Shown here piece after piece: positions 29,718 to 39,588 of a stretch of 64,000 bases of DNA. The translations under genes were made by a program, and so were the position numbers. This DNA is from a virus. Lineage: Duplodnaviria > Caudoviricetes. The first letter of the stretch is position 1; the number at the start of each line of letters is the position of its first letter. The DNA lies in the IMG/VR virus record IMGVR_UViG_3300031998_000039, positions 1 to 64,000 of that record. One strand, written 5' to 3'. The notes below the pieces were generated by a model. The model saw only the letters and a list, made by a program, of their open reading frames with translations, had not been told where the DNA came from and did not search any database.

Positions 29718-30518
29718 ATGTACGCAAAAGATTTTACTTATGATGGTGCAACATTAAGTTCAAAAGGGTATATTTTGTGTGAGTTTGGTAATGGCAGTGA
29801 TACACAGGCGGGATCTAAGATATCATTCTCGACAGTGCCTGTTGATAAGGGGCAGAAGTTTTTAATGGCTGATGCCAAGTATGAAGAGTGCCTTACTACT
29901 ACCCTACACATTTGTAAGGATATGTGTAATATAAGCGACCAAGAGAACTTAAAACTCTCTCCTGCCGATGTGTCAGCATTGTCACGTTGGCTGAATAAAA
30001 AGGCGTTTAAGTCAATGGTGTTTGATGCAACAGGGTGGACAGATATCATATTTGAAGCCAGTTTTAATGTGTCAACTGTAGAGATTGGCGGGGAGATATA
30101 TGGGCTTGAATTAGAGATGGTAACGAATAGACCGTTTGCTACCAAGGCGTTGACGACAAAAACAATGACATTTGCTGCGGGTTCATTAAGCCAAAGCCTA
30201 TTAGACGATTCAGATGAGATTGGATATATTTATCCTGACTCTTATAAAATCACAATGGGTTCGGCAGGAAACCTTACTATCGCTACAGCGATAGAGGGTA
30301 GGGAAACCAAAATAGCTAACTGTTCTAATAACGAGATTATCACTATTACCTATCCTACTATCTCATCTAATGTCGTTGCTCATGCTATACAGGATGATTT
30401 CAATTATGTATTCCCAAGGGTTGCAAATAGTGCATCTGTAAGGACGGATACTATAACAACAAATCTTCCCTGTACTATAGAAGTGAAGTATAAACCGATT
30501 GTAAAAGTCACACTGTGA
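29718..30518 (+). CDS. Distal tail protein (Dit)
   Basis: DFTYDG..LS..G N-terminus, RWL, NRPFA; position after TMP. Confidence 0.75.
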   Translation: MYAKDFTYDGATLSSKGYILCEFGNGSDTQAGSKISFSTVPVDKGQKFLMADAKYEECLTTTLHICKDMCNISDQENLKLSPADVSALSRWLNKKAFKSMVFDATGWTDIIFEASFNVSTVEIGGEIYGLELEMVTNRPFATKALTTKTMTFAAGSLSQSLLDDSDEIGYIYPDSYKITMGSAGNLTIATAIEGRETKIANCSNNEIITITYPTISSNVVAHAIQDDFNYVFPRVANSASVRTDTITTNLPCTIEVKYKPIVKVTL

Positions 30519-30529
30519 GGTGATGTGAA

Positions 30530-33500
30530 ATGATAGATATTAATATTAATTTTGGGGCAGACGGATTGGCGGAAAATCTAACATTTGTGCTTGCTCGTAA
30601 AGATAAATCCAAGATAGGTTTATTGAGTAATCCGCAAGATGTTGACGCAACCATAAGTCTTGAAGAAGCTCCAAGTATATCAGTTAAATTTTATAACGTT
30701 GAAAATCCTTACTGGAATGATATTAATATGTTCAAGCTGATATATGTGCCGGAACTTGATACATATTATTCCATTGAATGCGAAGAGAGTGAGGGTGATG
30801 GTGGCTCTTATAAAGCACTGACACTTACCCGTATGGCTGAATCAGAACTTGAACAGCCTAAAGTCTATGGGCTTCAGATAAACACCGAGGAAGATATTAT
30901 CAGAGAAGACTATGATTCTAACTTCCCCAATGTTTTATATCGTGATCCTGAAGACATTCATGCATACGATGATATATGGAACTCTGATGAGAAGTATGAG
31001 GATTATACTGATGCACAAAAGAGTGCGGTGTTACGTAACTCTTCTATTATGCATAGGGTATTAAGTTATGCTCCGCATTTTACCATTGGAAATGTTGACG
31101 AAAGTATACAGAATATTCAACGAATCTACACATTTGATGGTACTAGTGTGTATGAATGCTTAAATCAGATTGCCGAAGACATGTCGATAATATTTGATTA
31201 TGATGACAGAACGGTCAACGCTTATGACGCATTAAGCTATTGCGAAGACTGTGGGTTTCGTGGCCACTACACAGGTGAATGCCCTAACTGTGGTGGTACA
31301 AATGTTATTGAGGGCTTTGGCGACAATACTGGCATATGTATCAGTACTGAAGCCCTAGGAACTGATATTACATATACAAGGAATAGCGATGCAATCTGCA
31401 ACTGTTATCATATCGCTGGCGGTGATGATACAATGACCGCAGCTATCTGGAACTGTAACCCTAATGGTGGATATGTATGGAGTTTTTCAGACGAGATGAA
31501 GAACGAAATGAGTCCTACGTTAAGGGTTGCCCTTAACACATATGAAACATTGTATGACACATATCAGAATAGCTATTCATTTGATATTTCGGGGCTTCCT
31601 ATTTCAGATTATAATACGTTGATTAATAAATATAAGGCGTTAGATAGCGATGTCAAGGTTGATACCATTTCTTCAATCACTGGCTATTCAGAATTGATTA
31701 AGGCATATTATGACGCAATTGATTTTGGCGAATATCTGAACGCTGGGTTGTATCCGTCAATCACAAATAACGGCAAGACTGCGGCTCAGGTTGCTGCGAA
31801 TTTAACCAATACTACGATGGCAAGGGTATCATTAATGTCAACGGATGTTCTGACATTATCAAGTGCGTCTACTGCCGTTGTATCATATGCAAAAATAATA
31901 TCAGATCCTTTATTTGAAATAAAAGTTGTTTCGCAGGAACTGATCACGCTCTTGGGCGGATTTGCTTGGGAAGGTGTGTTGTCCGTAACGAATTATTATA
32001 ACAAAGATGACAATGCTAAAACAACCAGACTGCATGTTATTATTGATTCGGATATTGAAAACTATGCACAGAATAGCGTTATGCAGACGTTGTTAAATAG
32101 AAGTAAGGGTAATGCTGAAATTATCAATATGTATAATATGACCGATTTGGAGTTAGCTAATGCACTCAAATATTATTCATATCAATCCTTGTCTTCTATT
32201 AATGATTGCTATGTCAAGTCGGTTGAAACGCTGACAAGTATCGGAGCAAATGATCCGAACAGTGACGCTTATCAGATATTCCAGACAACACAGGCAAAGC
32301 TTGTAATCATAACCGCAGAGTTGGGAGTAAGGGAGCAGGAAGTAAAGCTGGTTGATTTTAAAGATTCAACAACCTGTATGACATATTTGCTTAAGTCCAT
32401 GATAGATGCAGCAAAGCAGACTATGAAGATAGAGAATAATCTTACTTCTGCTCAATGGATAGAACTTAACGCATTCAGACGTGAATCTGATTTCACAAAT
32501 GATAATTATGTATCAACTTCGTTTAGGAAGAAGTTTGATTATATTGATAGCCAGTTTATATCTGACTCGTTGTCTAATGCTGAACTGATTAAACGTGCTT
32601 ATGAATTTCTTATGCAAGCTGAATATAAGCTTAAGGAGAATAATAAGTATAGCTATCAGATAAGCACGACATTACAGAACCTGCTCACCATACCTGAGTT
32701 TGCTGGACTTAAGGATTCGTTTAAATGCGGTAACTGGTTAAGAGTAATGGATGGCAATGGTCAGCTTTATAAGTTAAGGCTTATGAAGTATGAGGTTGAC
32801 TTCAGCGATCTTTCCAAGATATCTGTAGAGTTTTCTGATGTGTCGCAGAACGCATCTTCTGTAACTAAAATGCAGAAGTTTATGATGAAGACTCAGGACG
32901 TTGTTGATAGATTTAATAAGAGCAACAATCAGAATCAGAGCAAATTTATCGGTCAGAATAATGATATAACAGATGATTATAATTATAGCGATGCATATAC
33001 TGGTGGCGAAAGCAATCAGAACATTGAGATAATGAATAATCAGGTGACCACCAAATTCCAAGTCCTTGACGGATTGATACAAAGTATTATCAGTATAGAT
33101 GATGAAGAAGTTCGTTCAATCATCTCTCAAGAGTTAGATAAGATTACGCTGAGTGTTAATAACTATGATGAATATAGTACGATTACTATCAGTTATGATG
33201 GCGTTTCTATTATGACATCAAATGATATCACGCTTGGTGGCGAGGTTATCTTTACGAGTGATCTGACGGACGGAACTACAGTTATCAGTGGTGATAATAT
33301 CTTAACGGGTATTATCCAATCAATCAATTATCTCAAAAATCCGGGGGAAGACTTTTCAGTAAGAGGTACATCTATTAATTTAACTACAGGCGAGATAATC
33401 ACACCCTCTGTTTATATTGAGGGGCAACCTGATGGTGGTGAAGCACGTAAAGCGAAGTTCAAAGATGTATATATGGAAAGCGGTTATATCGGTGGCGTTC

Positions 33501-34273
33501 CAATCATTACTGAAGACGATGGTGGATTAGTAACGCTAGACCATGCAAGCAACGCTTGGAAACTGCGTACTGCCGAAATGGATGAACATGGTACTCGTTA
33601 TTATACTTATATGACGAAAAACAAAAACCTTATCGTTACCAATACAGAACGTGGTGGACATAGTGACGATAATGATGTAACAGACCAAAGTAATATAGGT
33701 TCATATAAATATCCTTGGAATAAGGGATACTTCAATATGTTAAGGGTACAACATCATAATGTTCTGCCCGAAGGACTTGATTTAACGCTTGAGGTATCTG
33801 GTTGGTCACAACATGCAAGCGGTTACTATACACAAACCATTAATGTTAATGGTATGTCTGGTGATATTTATCTTTATATTGCGACTAAAGACGCAACAAA
33901 TTTGGATTTAGTTTATAAATATAATATCGAAGTTGATAATATTGCAAATAATACTGTAACGTTCCTTGCTTCTACATTACCTTCAACTGATATCGATATA
34001 GTTTTATTGGTTGAGGATTTTATTTATTCAGCTATGATTCCTGCCGAATTAACTGGTAGTTATGACGCTGGAACAAATAGATTGTCATGTTGGTGGGCGA
34101 GTCCTCGTGACAGCAGTAAATTTATTACATGGATAAAAGACGAATTGGTTATTGAAAAACTCAATGAAGATACTCAACAATGGGAACAGGTTTTGGTGGT
34201 TCCGGGGCAAGGAGAAACTCCTTTCCAACCTGATGAATTTTCTGATGTTCCTTTGATAATAGGGAGTGCATGA
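30530..34273 (+). CDS. Tail-tip hub/Tal-like protein with zinc ribbon, coiled coils and a partial C-terminal Fn3-like domain
   Basis: Position after Dit; CEDC..CPNC; G..LRV..KLRL..YEVDF..ISVEFSD hub motif. Confidence 0.75.
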   Translation: MIDININFGADGLAENLTFVLARKDKSKIGLLSNPQDVDATISLEEAPSISVKFYNVENPYWNDINMFKLIYVPELDTYYSIECEESEGDGGSYKALTLTRMAESELEQPKVYGLQINTEEDIIREDYDSNFPNVLYRDPEDIHAYDDIWNSDEKYEDYTDAQKSAVLRNSSIMHRVLSYAPHFTIGNVDESIQNIQRIYTFDGTSVYECLNQIAEDMSIIFDYDDRTVNAYDALSYCEDCGFRGHYTGECPNCGGTNVIEGFGDNTGICISTEALGTDITYTRNSDAICNCYHIAGGDDTMTAAIWNCNPNGGYVWSFSDEMKNEMSPTLRVALNTYETLYDTYQNSYSFDISGLPISDYNTLINKYKALDSDVKVDTISSITGYSELIKAYYDAIDFGEYLNAGLYPSITNNGKTAAQVAANLTNTTMARVSLMSTDVLTLSSASTAVVSYAKIISDPLFEIKVVSQELITLLGGFAWEGVLSVTNYYNKDDNAKTTRLHVIIDSDIENYAQNSVMQTLLNRSKGNAEIINMYNMTDLELANALKYYSYQSLSSINDCYVKSVETLTSIGANDPNSDAYQIFQTTQAKLVIITAELGVREQEVKLVDFKDSTTCMTYLLKSMIDAAKQTMKIENNLTSAQWIELNAFRRESDFTNDNYVSTSFRKKFDYIDSQFISDSLSNAELIKRAYEFLMQAEYKLKENNKYSYQISTTLQNLLTIPEFAGLKDSFKCGNWLRVMDGNGQLYKLRLMKYEVDFSDLSKISVEFSDVSQNASSVTKMQKFMMKTQDVVDRFNKSNNQNQSKFIGQNNDITDDYNYSDAYTGGESNQNIEIMNNQVTTKFQVLDGLIQSIISIDDEEVRSIISQELDKITLSVNNYDEYSTITISYDGVSIMTSNDITLGGEVIFTSDLTDGTTVISGDNILTGIIQSINYLKNPGEDFSVRGTSINLTTGEIITPSVYIEGQPDGGEARKAKFKDVYMESGYIGGVPIITEDDGGLVTLDHASNAWKLRTAEMDEHGTRYYTYMTKNKNLIVTNTERGGHSDDNDVTDQSNIGSYKYPWNKGYFNMLRVQHHNVLPEGLDLTLEVSGWSQHASGYYTQTINVNGMSGDIYLYIATKDATNLDLVYKYNIEVDNIANNTVTFLASTLPSTDIDIVLLVEDFIYSAMIPAELTGSYDAGTNRLSCWWASPRDSSKFITWIKDELVIEKLNEDTQQWEQVLVVPGQGETPFQPDEFSDVPLIIGSA

Positions 34274-34274
34274 T

Positions 34275-34745
34275 ATGGTAGAATATAACTTTACTAGCGG
34301 ACGCTATCGGGCAAAGGTTAAGACAACCTATAAGCGTGAAGATATGTCTATGAACGATTACGTAGTTAGCGATCCATATGAGTTTACTTCGGCTGGACAT
34401 CCTGCACCGCCCGAACCATCGGTTGAGAAAAAGAATTTAATCTATTGTCAATGGTCAAGTAGCAGTGTAACGTTTAGGGCAACTGTCGGACAAGAATATG
34501 AATTTGTATATCAAAGTAATACATATGACGATTGCTATTATCCGTTCGCATTTTGGGCAGCTCCAAACAGCCTTATTATTGTCGGTGGCGATTTGGATAA
34601 TTATGGTGTAAGTTATATTAGTAATAATGCTAGTTTATATAGCGGGGCGCCTGAAACGGTGCATCAGCTAGAGCCAGCTACTTGTCCTATATTTGAAAGC
34701 TTTAATCAAAACTGCCTAACTTGGGCTAGGCAAGGATATCTGTAA
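34275..34745 (+). CDS. Tail-tip accessory protein (N-terminal Fn3-like fragment plus variable domain)
   Basis: SD AGGGAG; GRYRAKVKTTY..SDPYEF N-terminus, Pro linker. Confidence 0.65.
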   Translation: MVEYNFTSGRYRAKVKTTYKREDMSMNDYVVSDPYEFTSAGHPAPPEPSVEKKNLIYCQWSSSSVTFRATVGQEYEFVYQSNTYDDCYYPFAFWAAPNSLIIVGGDLDNYGVSYISNNASLYSGAPETVHQLEPATCPIFESFNQNCLTWARQGYL

Positions 34746-34758
34746 GGAGGGTGAATAT

Positions 34759-36021
34759 ATGCCTGTTCATACTGTATATACCTTTTTGCCCGGTCAGTAT
34801 CGTGCATATGTTCGCACTACTTACCAGAACGGATTGATGCAAGAAGGTACAGTAATAAGTAATAAATATCCATTTAATAATAATGGATTGGCACTCATTA
34901 GTGTAACACAAGGTTTACCAGCGCATTGGAATGGTTCAAAGGTAGCTATTTTATGGTCTGGTGATTATAACGCACTGACAGTTGAAATGGATGATGACAG
35001 TATCTTATTTAGAATGTATATAAATGATACGCAGATTTATTCTTTTACTTCTCCTGTTGGTACTACTGTTGATGATATAGATAAAATATACATCGGATTT
35101 CTTTGGGATATAGGTAACCAAGTCGCAAAGCCATCGTTTGTTTATGACACTGGCAGTGACACTTATGCATATAATCAGGAAGAGCCTACGAATTCCGAAA
35201 TGGCTGCAATCTTCTCATGGTTGTCACTTGGAGCAACGACACGCTATGACTTTGATTATACAGGATCGATACAGACATTTACCGCACCTGAGACAGGCAC
35301 TTACTTGCTTGAAACTTGGGGCGCACAAGGTGGCAATGCTACTGATGGTATAAATACTGCCCGTGGTGGTTATGGTGCTTATGCAAAGGGTGAAGTATCA
35401 TTGACACAAGGCGATGTGCTGTATATCGGTGTTGGTGGTCAGAACGGATATAATGGTGGTGGAATGCTAACAAGATGGATACGAAGAATTATATTTAATG
35501 GAACAGTAAAAAATCTTGGTTCATGTACAGAAGATTATCCAATACCTTCAAAATTAATTAATGCTACTAATCCTGATAGAACAAGAAGTGGCGAGCAAGG
35601 ATATATCAGAGGTGCTTCTGATTTACCAACGGGTGTTAGTATTGGTGATATTTTATTTAAAGAGGATAATGTAACTGATACCTATACTTTTATGGATGAT
35701 AATAATTTTAAGATTGTTTTTGGTGTATATCAAAAGACACAAGGCACAAATAGATATGGATTAGGTATTTATTGTAAGAGAAATTCTACTTGGCTTTATG
35801 ATGCTAATATAGGAGATAATATAGCACCATCTGATACACATTATGAACAATATTATTTTAATATCTATATTGATGAAGCAAATCAGAGAGCTTATCTTGT
35901 AATTATATCATGGTTGACAGGGCATCCATATGAAGGAAATGGTTGGACAATCGTGATGCTTGGTGGAAAATATAATGGGACAGATATATTCTATGAATCA
36001 TTTCATAATTTAGATATTTAA
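34759..36021 (+). CDS. Tail-tip protein: Fn3-like fragment, N-half of a glycine-rich domain, variable C-terminal domain
   Basis: GQYRAYVRTTY..SNKYPF; FDYTGSIQTFTAPETGTYLLETWGAQGG..GGYGAY..LYIGVGGQ..YNGGG. Confidence 0.7.
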   Translation: MPVHTVYTFLPGQYRAYVRTTYQNGLMQEGTVISNKYPFNNNGLALISVTQGLPAHWNGSKVAILWSGDYNALTVEMDDDSILFRMYINDTQIYSFTSPVGTTVDDIDKIYIGFLWDIGNQVAKPSFVYDTGSDTYAYNQEEPTNSEMAAIFSWLSLGATTRYDFDYTGSIQTFTAPETGTYLLETWGAQGGNATDGINTARGGYGAYAKGEVSLTQGDVLYIGVGGQNGYNGGGMLTRWIRRIIFNGTVKNLGSCTEDYPIPSKLINATNPDRTRSGEQGYIRGASDLPTGVSIGDILFKEDNVTDTYTFMDDNNFKIVFGVYQKTQGTNRYGLGIYCKRNSTWLYDANIGDNIAPSDTHYEQYYFNIYIDEANQRAYLVIISWLTGHPYEGNGWTIVMLGGKYNGTDIFYESFHNLDI

Positions 36022-36032
36022 AATAACATTTC

Positions 36033-36060
36033 CCCTTCCACTCTGCAAAGGGTGGAGGGG
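36033..36060 (+). promoter_or_regulatory. GC-rich hairpin with GCAA tetraloop between the split glycine-rich genes
   Basis: 12-bp stem CCCTTCCACTCT/AGGGTGGAGGGG, no T-tract. Confidence 0.6.
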
Positions 36061-36081
36061 TGTTGAGGAAGGAGGAAGATT

Positions 36082-37071
36082 GTGGCAACAGAAACAGATT
36101 ATGCGATATTTCAACCAGATTTGTCTTATCAGATAGATATATATGATGAAGGTAATAGAGCATTTCGAGGTACCTATACAATTTCTGAGTTATTATCTTT
36201 GTTGCAACAAATACCAAGTTGCGAAGATTGTGATAGCGTGTTGATAGCAAAAGGTACAAATATTCAGCAGGGATATAGTATTTTTACACCATTAAAAATT
36301 GGTAGTAGAACGTCTTATTATGTTGGAGATAACAGTTTATATGAACCTGCCGGAAACAGGCAATATGTATTATGGCAATATGATAACGGAATATATGACG
36401 GGAAATATTATGGCTTTTATAATAGTACTTCTTTAAGTTCTGTTAATTCAAACTATTCAAGAGAAACTATTGATGGAATTGAGTATTATTGGGATTATTG
36501 GCCGCAAAATAATAGTTACAAACCAATACTATATATTACCTCATCGGTTGATCGTGTTGTTATTAATTCGCATCCTGAAATTTCTAACGGTGGCGGAGCA
36601 ACCCACATAGCTACACGCACAGGCACTCTTATGAGCATAGGTTCATCTAACTTATCAGATGTGCTTATAGTGTCTGGTGGTGGCGGTGGTGGTGTACTTG
36701 TTGGAGAAACCGCTAATGGTGGTGCTGACGCAGGTGGAATAAGCGGAAATGGAACATTATCAGCAGACCAGACTACTGGTTACGGCTTTGGACAGGGTGA
36801 AAGCGGTGCAGATGTAAGTAGTGGTGGTGGCGGATTATATGGTGGCTACAAAGGTACAAGTGCTTTAAGCGGTGGTGCTGGCAGTGGCTATATAGGCAAC
36901 TCTGATTTGTCTAACAAAAAGATGGTTGGATATGATGTTCCCACTTCAAGTTCAACAAGCACCAAAACAGAAAGTGTCAACGATGCCTCAGCAACTCCTA
37001 TATCGGGTAAACCTAAGATTGGCAATGGGTTTGTGAGGATTACACTGCTCAGTGCCAGCACGGTAGAATAA
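36082..37071 (+). CDS. Tail-tip protein: variable N-terminal domain plus C-half of a glycine-rich domain
   Basis: GTG start with SD GGAGG; NGGGATHIA..LIVSGGGGG..GFGQG..GGGGLYGG..GGAGSGYIG..GNGFVRIT. Confidence 0.7.
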   Translation: MATETDYAIFQPDLSYQIDIYDEGNRAFRGTYTISELLSLLQQIPSCEDCDSVLIAKGTNIQQGYSIFTPLKIGSRTSYYVGDNSLYEPAGNRQYVLWQYDNGIYDGKYYGFYNSTSLSSVNSNYSRETIDGIEYYWDYWPQNNSYKPILYITSSVDRVVINSHPEISNGGGATHIATRTGTLMSIGSSNLSDVLIVSGGGGGGVLVGETANGGADAGGISGNGTLSADQTTGYGFGQGESGADVSSGGGGLYGGYKGTSALSGGAGSGYIGNSDLSNKKMVGYDVPTSSSTSTKTESVNDASATPISGKPKIGNGFVRITLLSASTVE

Positions 37072-37097
37072 CGGGATATCCGTGGAAAGGAAAGAAA

Positions 37098-38003
37098 ATG
37101 GCTGAAAATTTGGTTTGGTCTGGTACAAATTATAATGGAATTGATTATAAGCTTGTTACGGACGGTAATTTAAATGATATATTAATTGATAATGGAGAAT
37201 ATTTTATTATACCTAGTGAACCCGGAATACCAGATATTTATAATAGTGCTATTTATAATGGTGGATCTGGTGTTGGTTGGAGAGGTGTAATTATTACAAA
37301 AACTCCAATGACTTTTAGACAATACTATTATTGGGGTGGTAGCTGGCGTGAAGAAACAAGTTATGTATTTAATTGTACAAGACAAAACAATACAGCATAT
37401 GAACGTGATAATAGAAATGTAGTTACTGGTTTTAATATATATGAAAATTTTGGTATAGGTACGAATGGGACTACTACTTATAGTTATTTACCTCAATTTA
37501 ATGAAGGTGAAGAGTCTACATTTAGGTCATATGTAAGCACTCCTGTGTCATCTACTTATAACTGGGTTTCCGTCTCCACTATAACTGGCAAAAACGGAAC
37601 GTTCGCACTGTCAACCATAAATAGTTCATACATTAACAATGGCGATCCAGTGACGGGCGCAACCATAAGCAACTTTGATGCATTAGAAGAAGAAACCAAC
37701 GTAGGCACACTTGTTAACGACTCGTCTATAGATGAGACAAAGGTTGTTGTCAGATATAATATTCCTCAAGGAACGTATCTATATACAAAGCTGGTATACA
37801 AACTAAACTCCGAGCCAGAAACTATTTCGGACGGAGTGGCTATTGACCTTAACCAAGTAGACTCCCAGTATGTTATAGATAGCATTATTACTGCGGGAAC
37901 ATATTACTTTAAGATATTTACAAACGTTGGCAATAGCAATACTGTAGTGCTTAATTATGTCGGCATTGTACCGATTATTATTAATATAGAAAGGGTGTGG
38001 TAA
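37098..38003 (+). CDS. Tail-tip protein with variable domain and Fn3-like domain
   Basis: YTKLVYK..P....DG..TYYFKIFT repeat. Confidence 0.65.
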   Translation: MAENLVWSGTNYNGIDYKLVTDGNLNDILIDNGEYFIIPSEPGIPDIYNSAIYNGGSGVGWRGVIITKTPMTFRQYYYWGGSWREETSYVFNCTRQNNTAYERDNRNVVTGFNIYENFGIGTNGTTTYSYLPQFNEGEESTFRSYVSTPVSSTYNWVSVSTITGKNGTFALSTINSSYINNGDPVTGATISNFDALEEETNVGTLVNDSSIDETKVVVRYNIPQGTYLYTKLVYKLNSEPETISDGVAIDLNQVDSQYVIDSIITAGTYYFKIFTNVGNSNTVVLNYVGIVPIIINIERVW

Positions 38004-38004
38004 G

Positions 38005-38511
38005 ATGTCTTCAACTGCAGCGAATGTCAGGGTGACATTTATAGTACCACCCGGAGATTATGATTATATTAAATTGGTTTATAAGGCAAATGCTGTTCCC
38101 GCTTCTTATAATGACGGAACTGCGATTGATATCTTACAATCAGAAACCGAGCATATGGTTTATGATCTTAGTGAGGGTATAACATATTACTTCGTAATAT
38201 TCACATCTAAAGCGGCAAGTACGCCAGTGCCTTATAGAGCAAGCAGTATTATTGTTTTGCCCGCCGAGCGTATTATTGTTGAAAAACAAGTTGATGAAGA
38301 AAGCGAAGAGTTTGTATTAATTGACGATTGGACGTATAAGTGGACGATTAGTGAGTCAACATCTGTCAATGCGTATGGGTTGGTACTGGAAACTACAGAT
38401 TCTATTGTAACCGAAACATACGATTATGATATGAGAGAAAATATTGACAATACTGAAACTAACTTTACCCAAGAGTCAGTTAGTTATGAACAGATTACTG
38501 AGGAGGAATAA
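38005..38511 (+). CDS. Fn3-like tail-tip protein with acidic tail
   Basis: YIKLVYK..P....DG..LSEGITYYFVIFT, paralogous to the previous gene. Confidence 0.65.
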   Translation: MSSTAANVRVTFIVPPGDYDYIKLVYKANAVPASYNDGTAIDILQSETEHMVYDLSEGITYYFVIFTSKAASTPVPYRASSIIVLPAERIIVEKQVDEESEEFVLIDDWTYKWTISESTSVNAYGLVLETTDSIVTETYDYDMRENIDNTETNFTQESVSYEQITEEE

Positions 38512-38514
38512 TAA

Positions 38515-39072
38515 ATGGTTTTAAGTAATTTAAATAAAACGTATAGGGACACTACTAATTATACTTTAGCTCCTGTACCGATTTCACATGGAACTGAAGA
38601 TGTAACCAATTCGTGGATATATCGTGATGCTAATCGTAATAGTTTAGGACTTCAAAGAAGAAATGGAACTTCTACTAGCAGTTATTATTTTCAATCTTCT
38701 GGTGGAAATAATAATGGTGGATTTTATGTAGCTGTTGGATATGGTAATGCATCTGAAAATGCTGATGATTATAAATTATCTAATATGCAAGGTGTTGATA
38801 ACGATTTGTTAACACATAAATATGGATATAATAAATGTTTTAGTGGTGATAGCGATTATCCTGTTTGGGTTGAAAGCGTTTATGAAAACACGGGAGATAC
38901 TAATGTAACTGTTAAGGAAATTGGGTTAGTTTATAAACCTAATACATATCAATGGGATAGTAGTTGGAGTTGGACGCATTGCAACTTCCTTCTTGCCCGT
39001 AAGGTGCTTGCCAATCCCGTCACTATCCATCCAAACGAAGTATATAAGTTCATCTATAAGTTGAAATTCTAA
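38515..39072 (+). CDS. Tail fibre/receptor-binding-associated protein
   Basis: VGYG..DDYKL..VTVKEIGL..LLARKVL..PVTI motif. Confidence 0.6.
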   Translation: MVLSNLNKTYRDTTNYTLAPVPISHGTEDVTNSWIYRDANRNSLGLQRRNGTSTSSYYFQSSGGNNNGGFYVAVGYGNASENADDYKLSNMQGVDNDLLTHKYGYNKCFSGDSDYPVWVESVYENTGDTNVTVKEIGLVYKPNTYQWDSSWSWTHCNFLLARKVLANPVTIHPNEVYKFIYKLKF

Positions 39073-39083
39073 GGAGATTTATT

Positions 39084-39239
39084 ATGACGTATTTATTACA
39101 AGGTAAGGAACTTGGCGTTCCTGTTGCAGAAATCACTGTTGATAAAGCTGAAGATATACAGATATTAGATGACAGGTTTGTACTTAGACCGATAGGCGTA
39201 ACAGAAGCCGAAGATACAATCAAAATTGTTTCAGAATAA
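39084..39239 (+). CDS. Small hypothetical protein (51 aa)
   Basis: SD AAGGAG; own translation MTYLLQGKELGVP..; followed by a terminator. Confidence 0.6.
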   Translation: MTYLLQGKELGVPVAEITVDKAEDIQILDDRFVLRPIGVTEAEDTIKIVSE

Positions 39240-39276
39240 AATAGATAGGGCTAACTACCCTATCTATTATTTTATT
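39240..39276 (+). terminator. Rho-independent terminator ending the tail operon
   Basis: AATAGATAGGG/CCCTATCTATT followed by a T-rich tract. Confidence 0.75.
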
Positions 39277-39291
39277 ATAAAGGATGATTCT

Positions 39292-39579
39292 ATGGGCAAC
39301 CAAATATACTCTAAAGGCACGTTTATTATTGTCGATGTTAAAGATGGTTATATTGTGGTCAATAAAGACAAACAGTTTAACGAGGGGCATACACATATCT
39401 TAAATTTCAAGACAGCCAAGTATTTGATTGATATGGTTATGCACTCTCGCATTCCATACCATCTGCCAGATTATTTGCTTATATCTTTGCAACGCTTAAG
39501 TGCGGATGAAAAATATAGGGAGAAAATTGGTGAATTACTCGAAAATAAACAGGAACATAAACAACGATACGTAAGGTAG
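39292..39579 (+). CDS. Hypothetical phage protein
   Basis: ATG 39292 after AAGGATG; N..K.F..GHTH..SL.RL motif. Confidence 0.7.
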   Translation: MGNQIYSKGTFIIVDVKDGYIVVNKDKQFNEGHTHILNFKTAKYLIDMVMHSRIPYHLPDYLLISLQRLSADEKYREKIGELLENKQEHKQRYVR

Positions 39580-39588
39580 GTGAGGCTT

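Noticed and set aside
36019-36084. Stop-codon readthrough fusing the two glycine-rich ORFs
   Set aside because: Same frame, but two stops (TAA and TGA) intervene and the second ORF has its own SD
34275-39072. Diversity-generating retroelement or shufflon acting on tail-tip genes
   Set aside because: No reverse transcriptase or invertase in the window; no TR/VR pair or inverted crossover sites seen by eye
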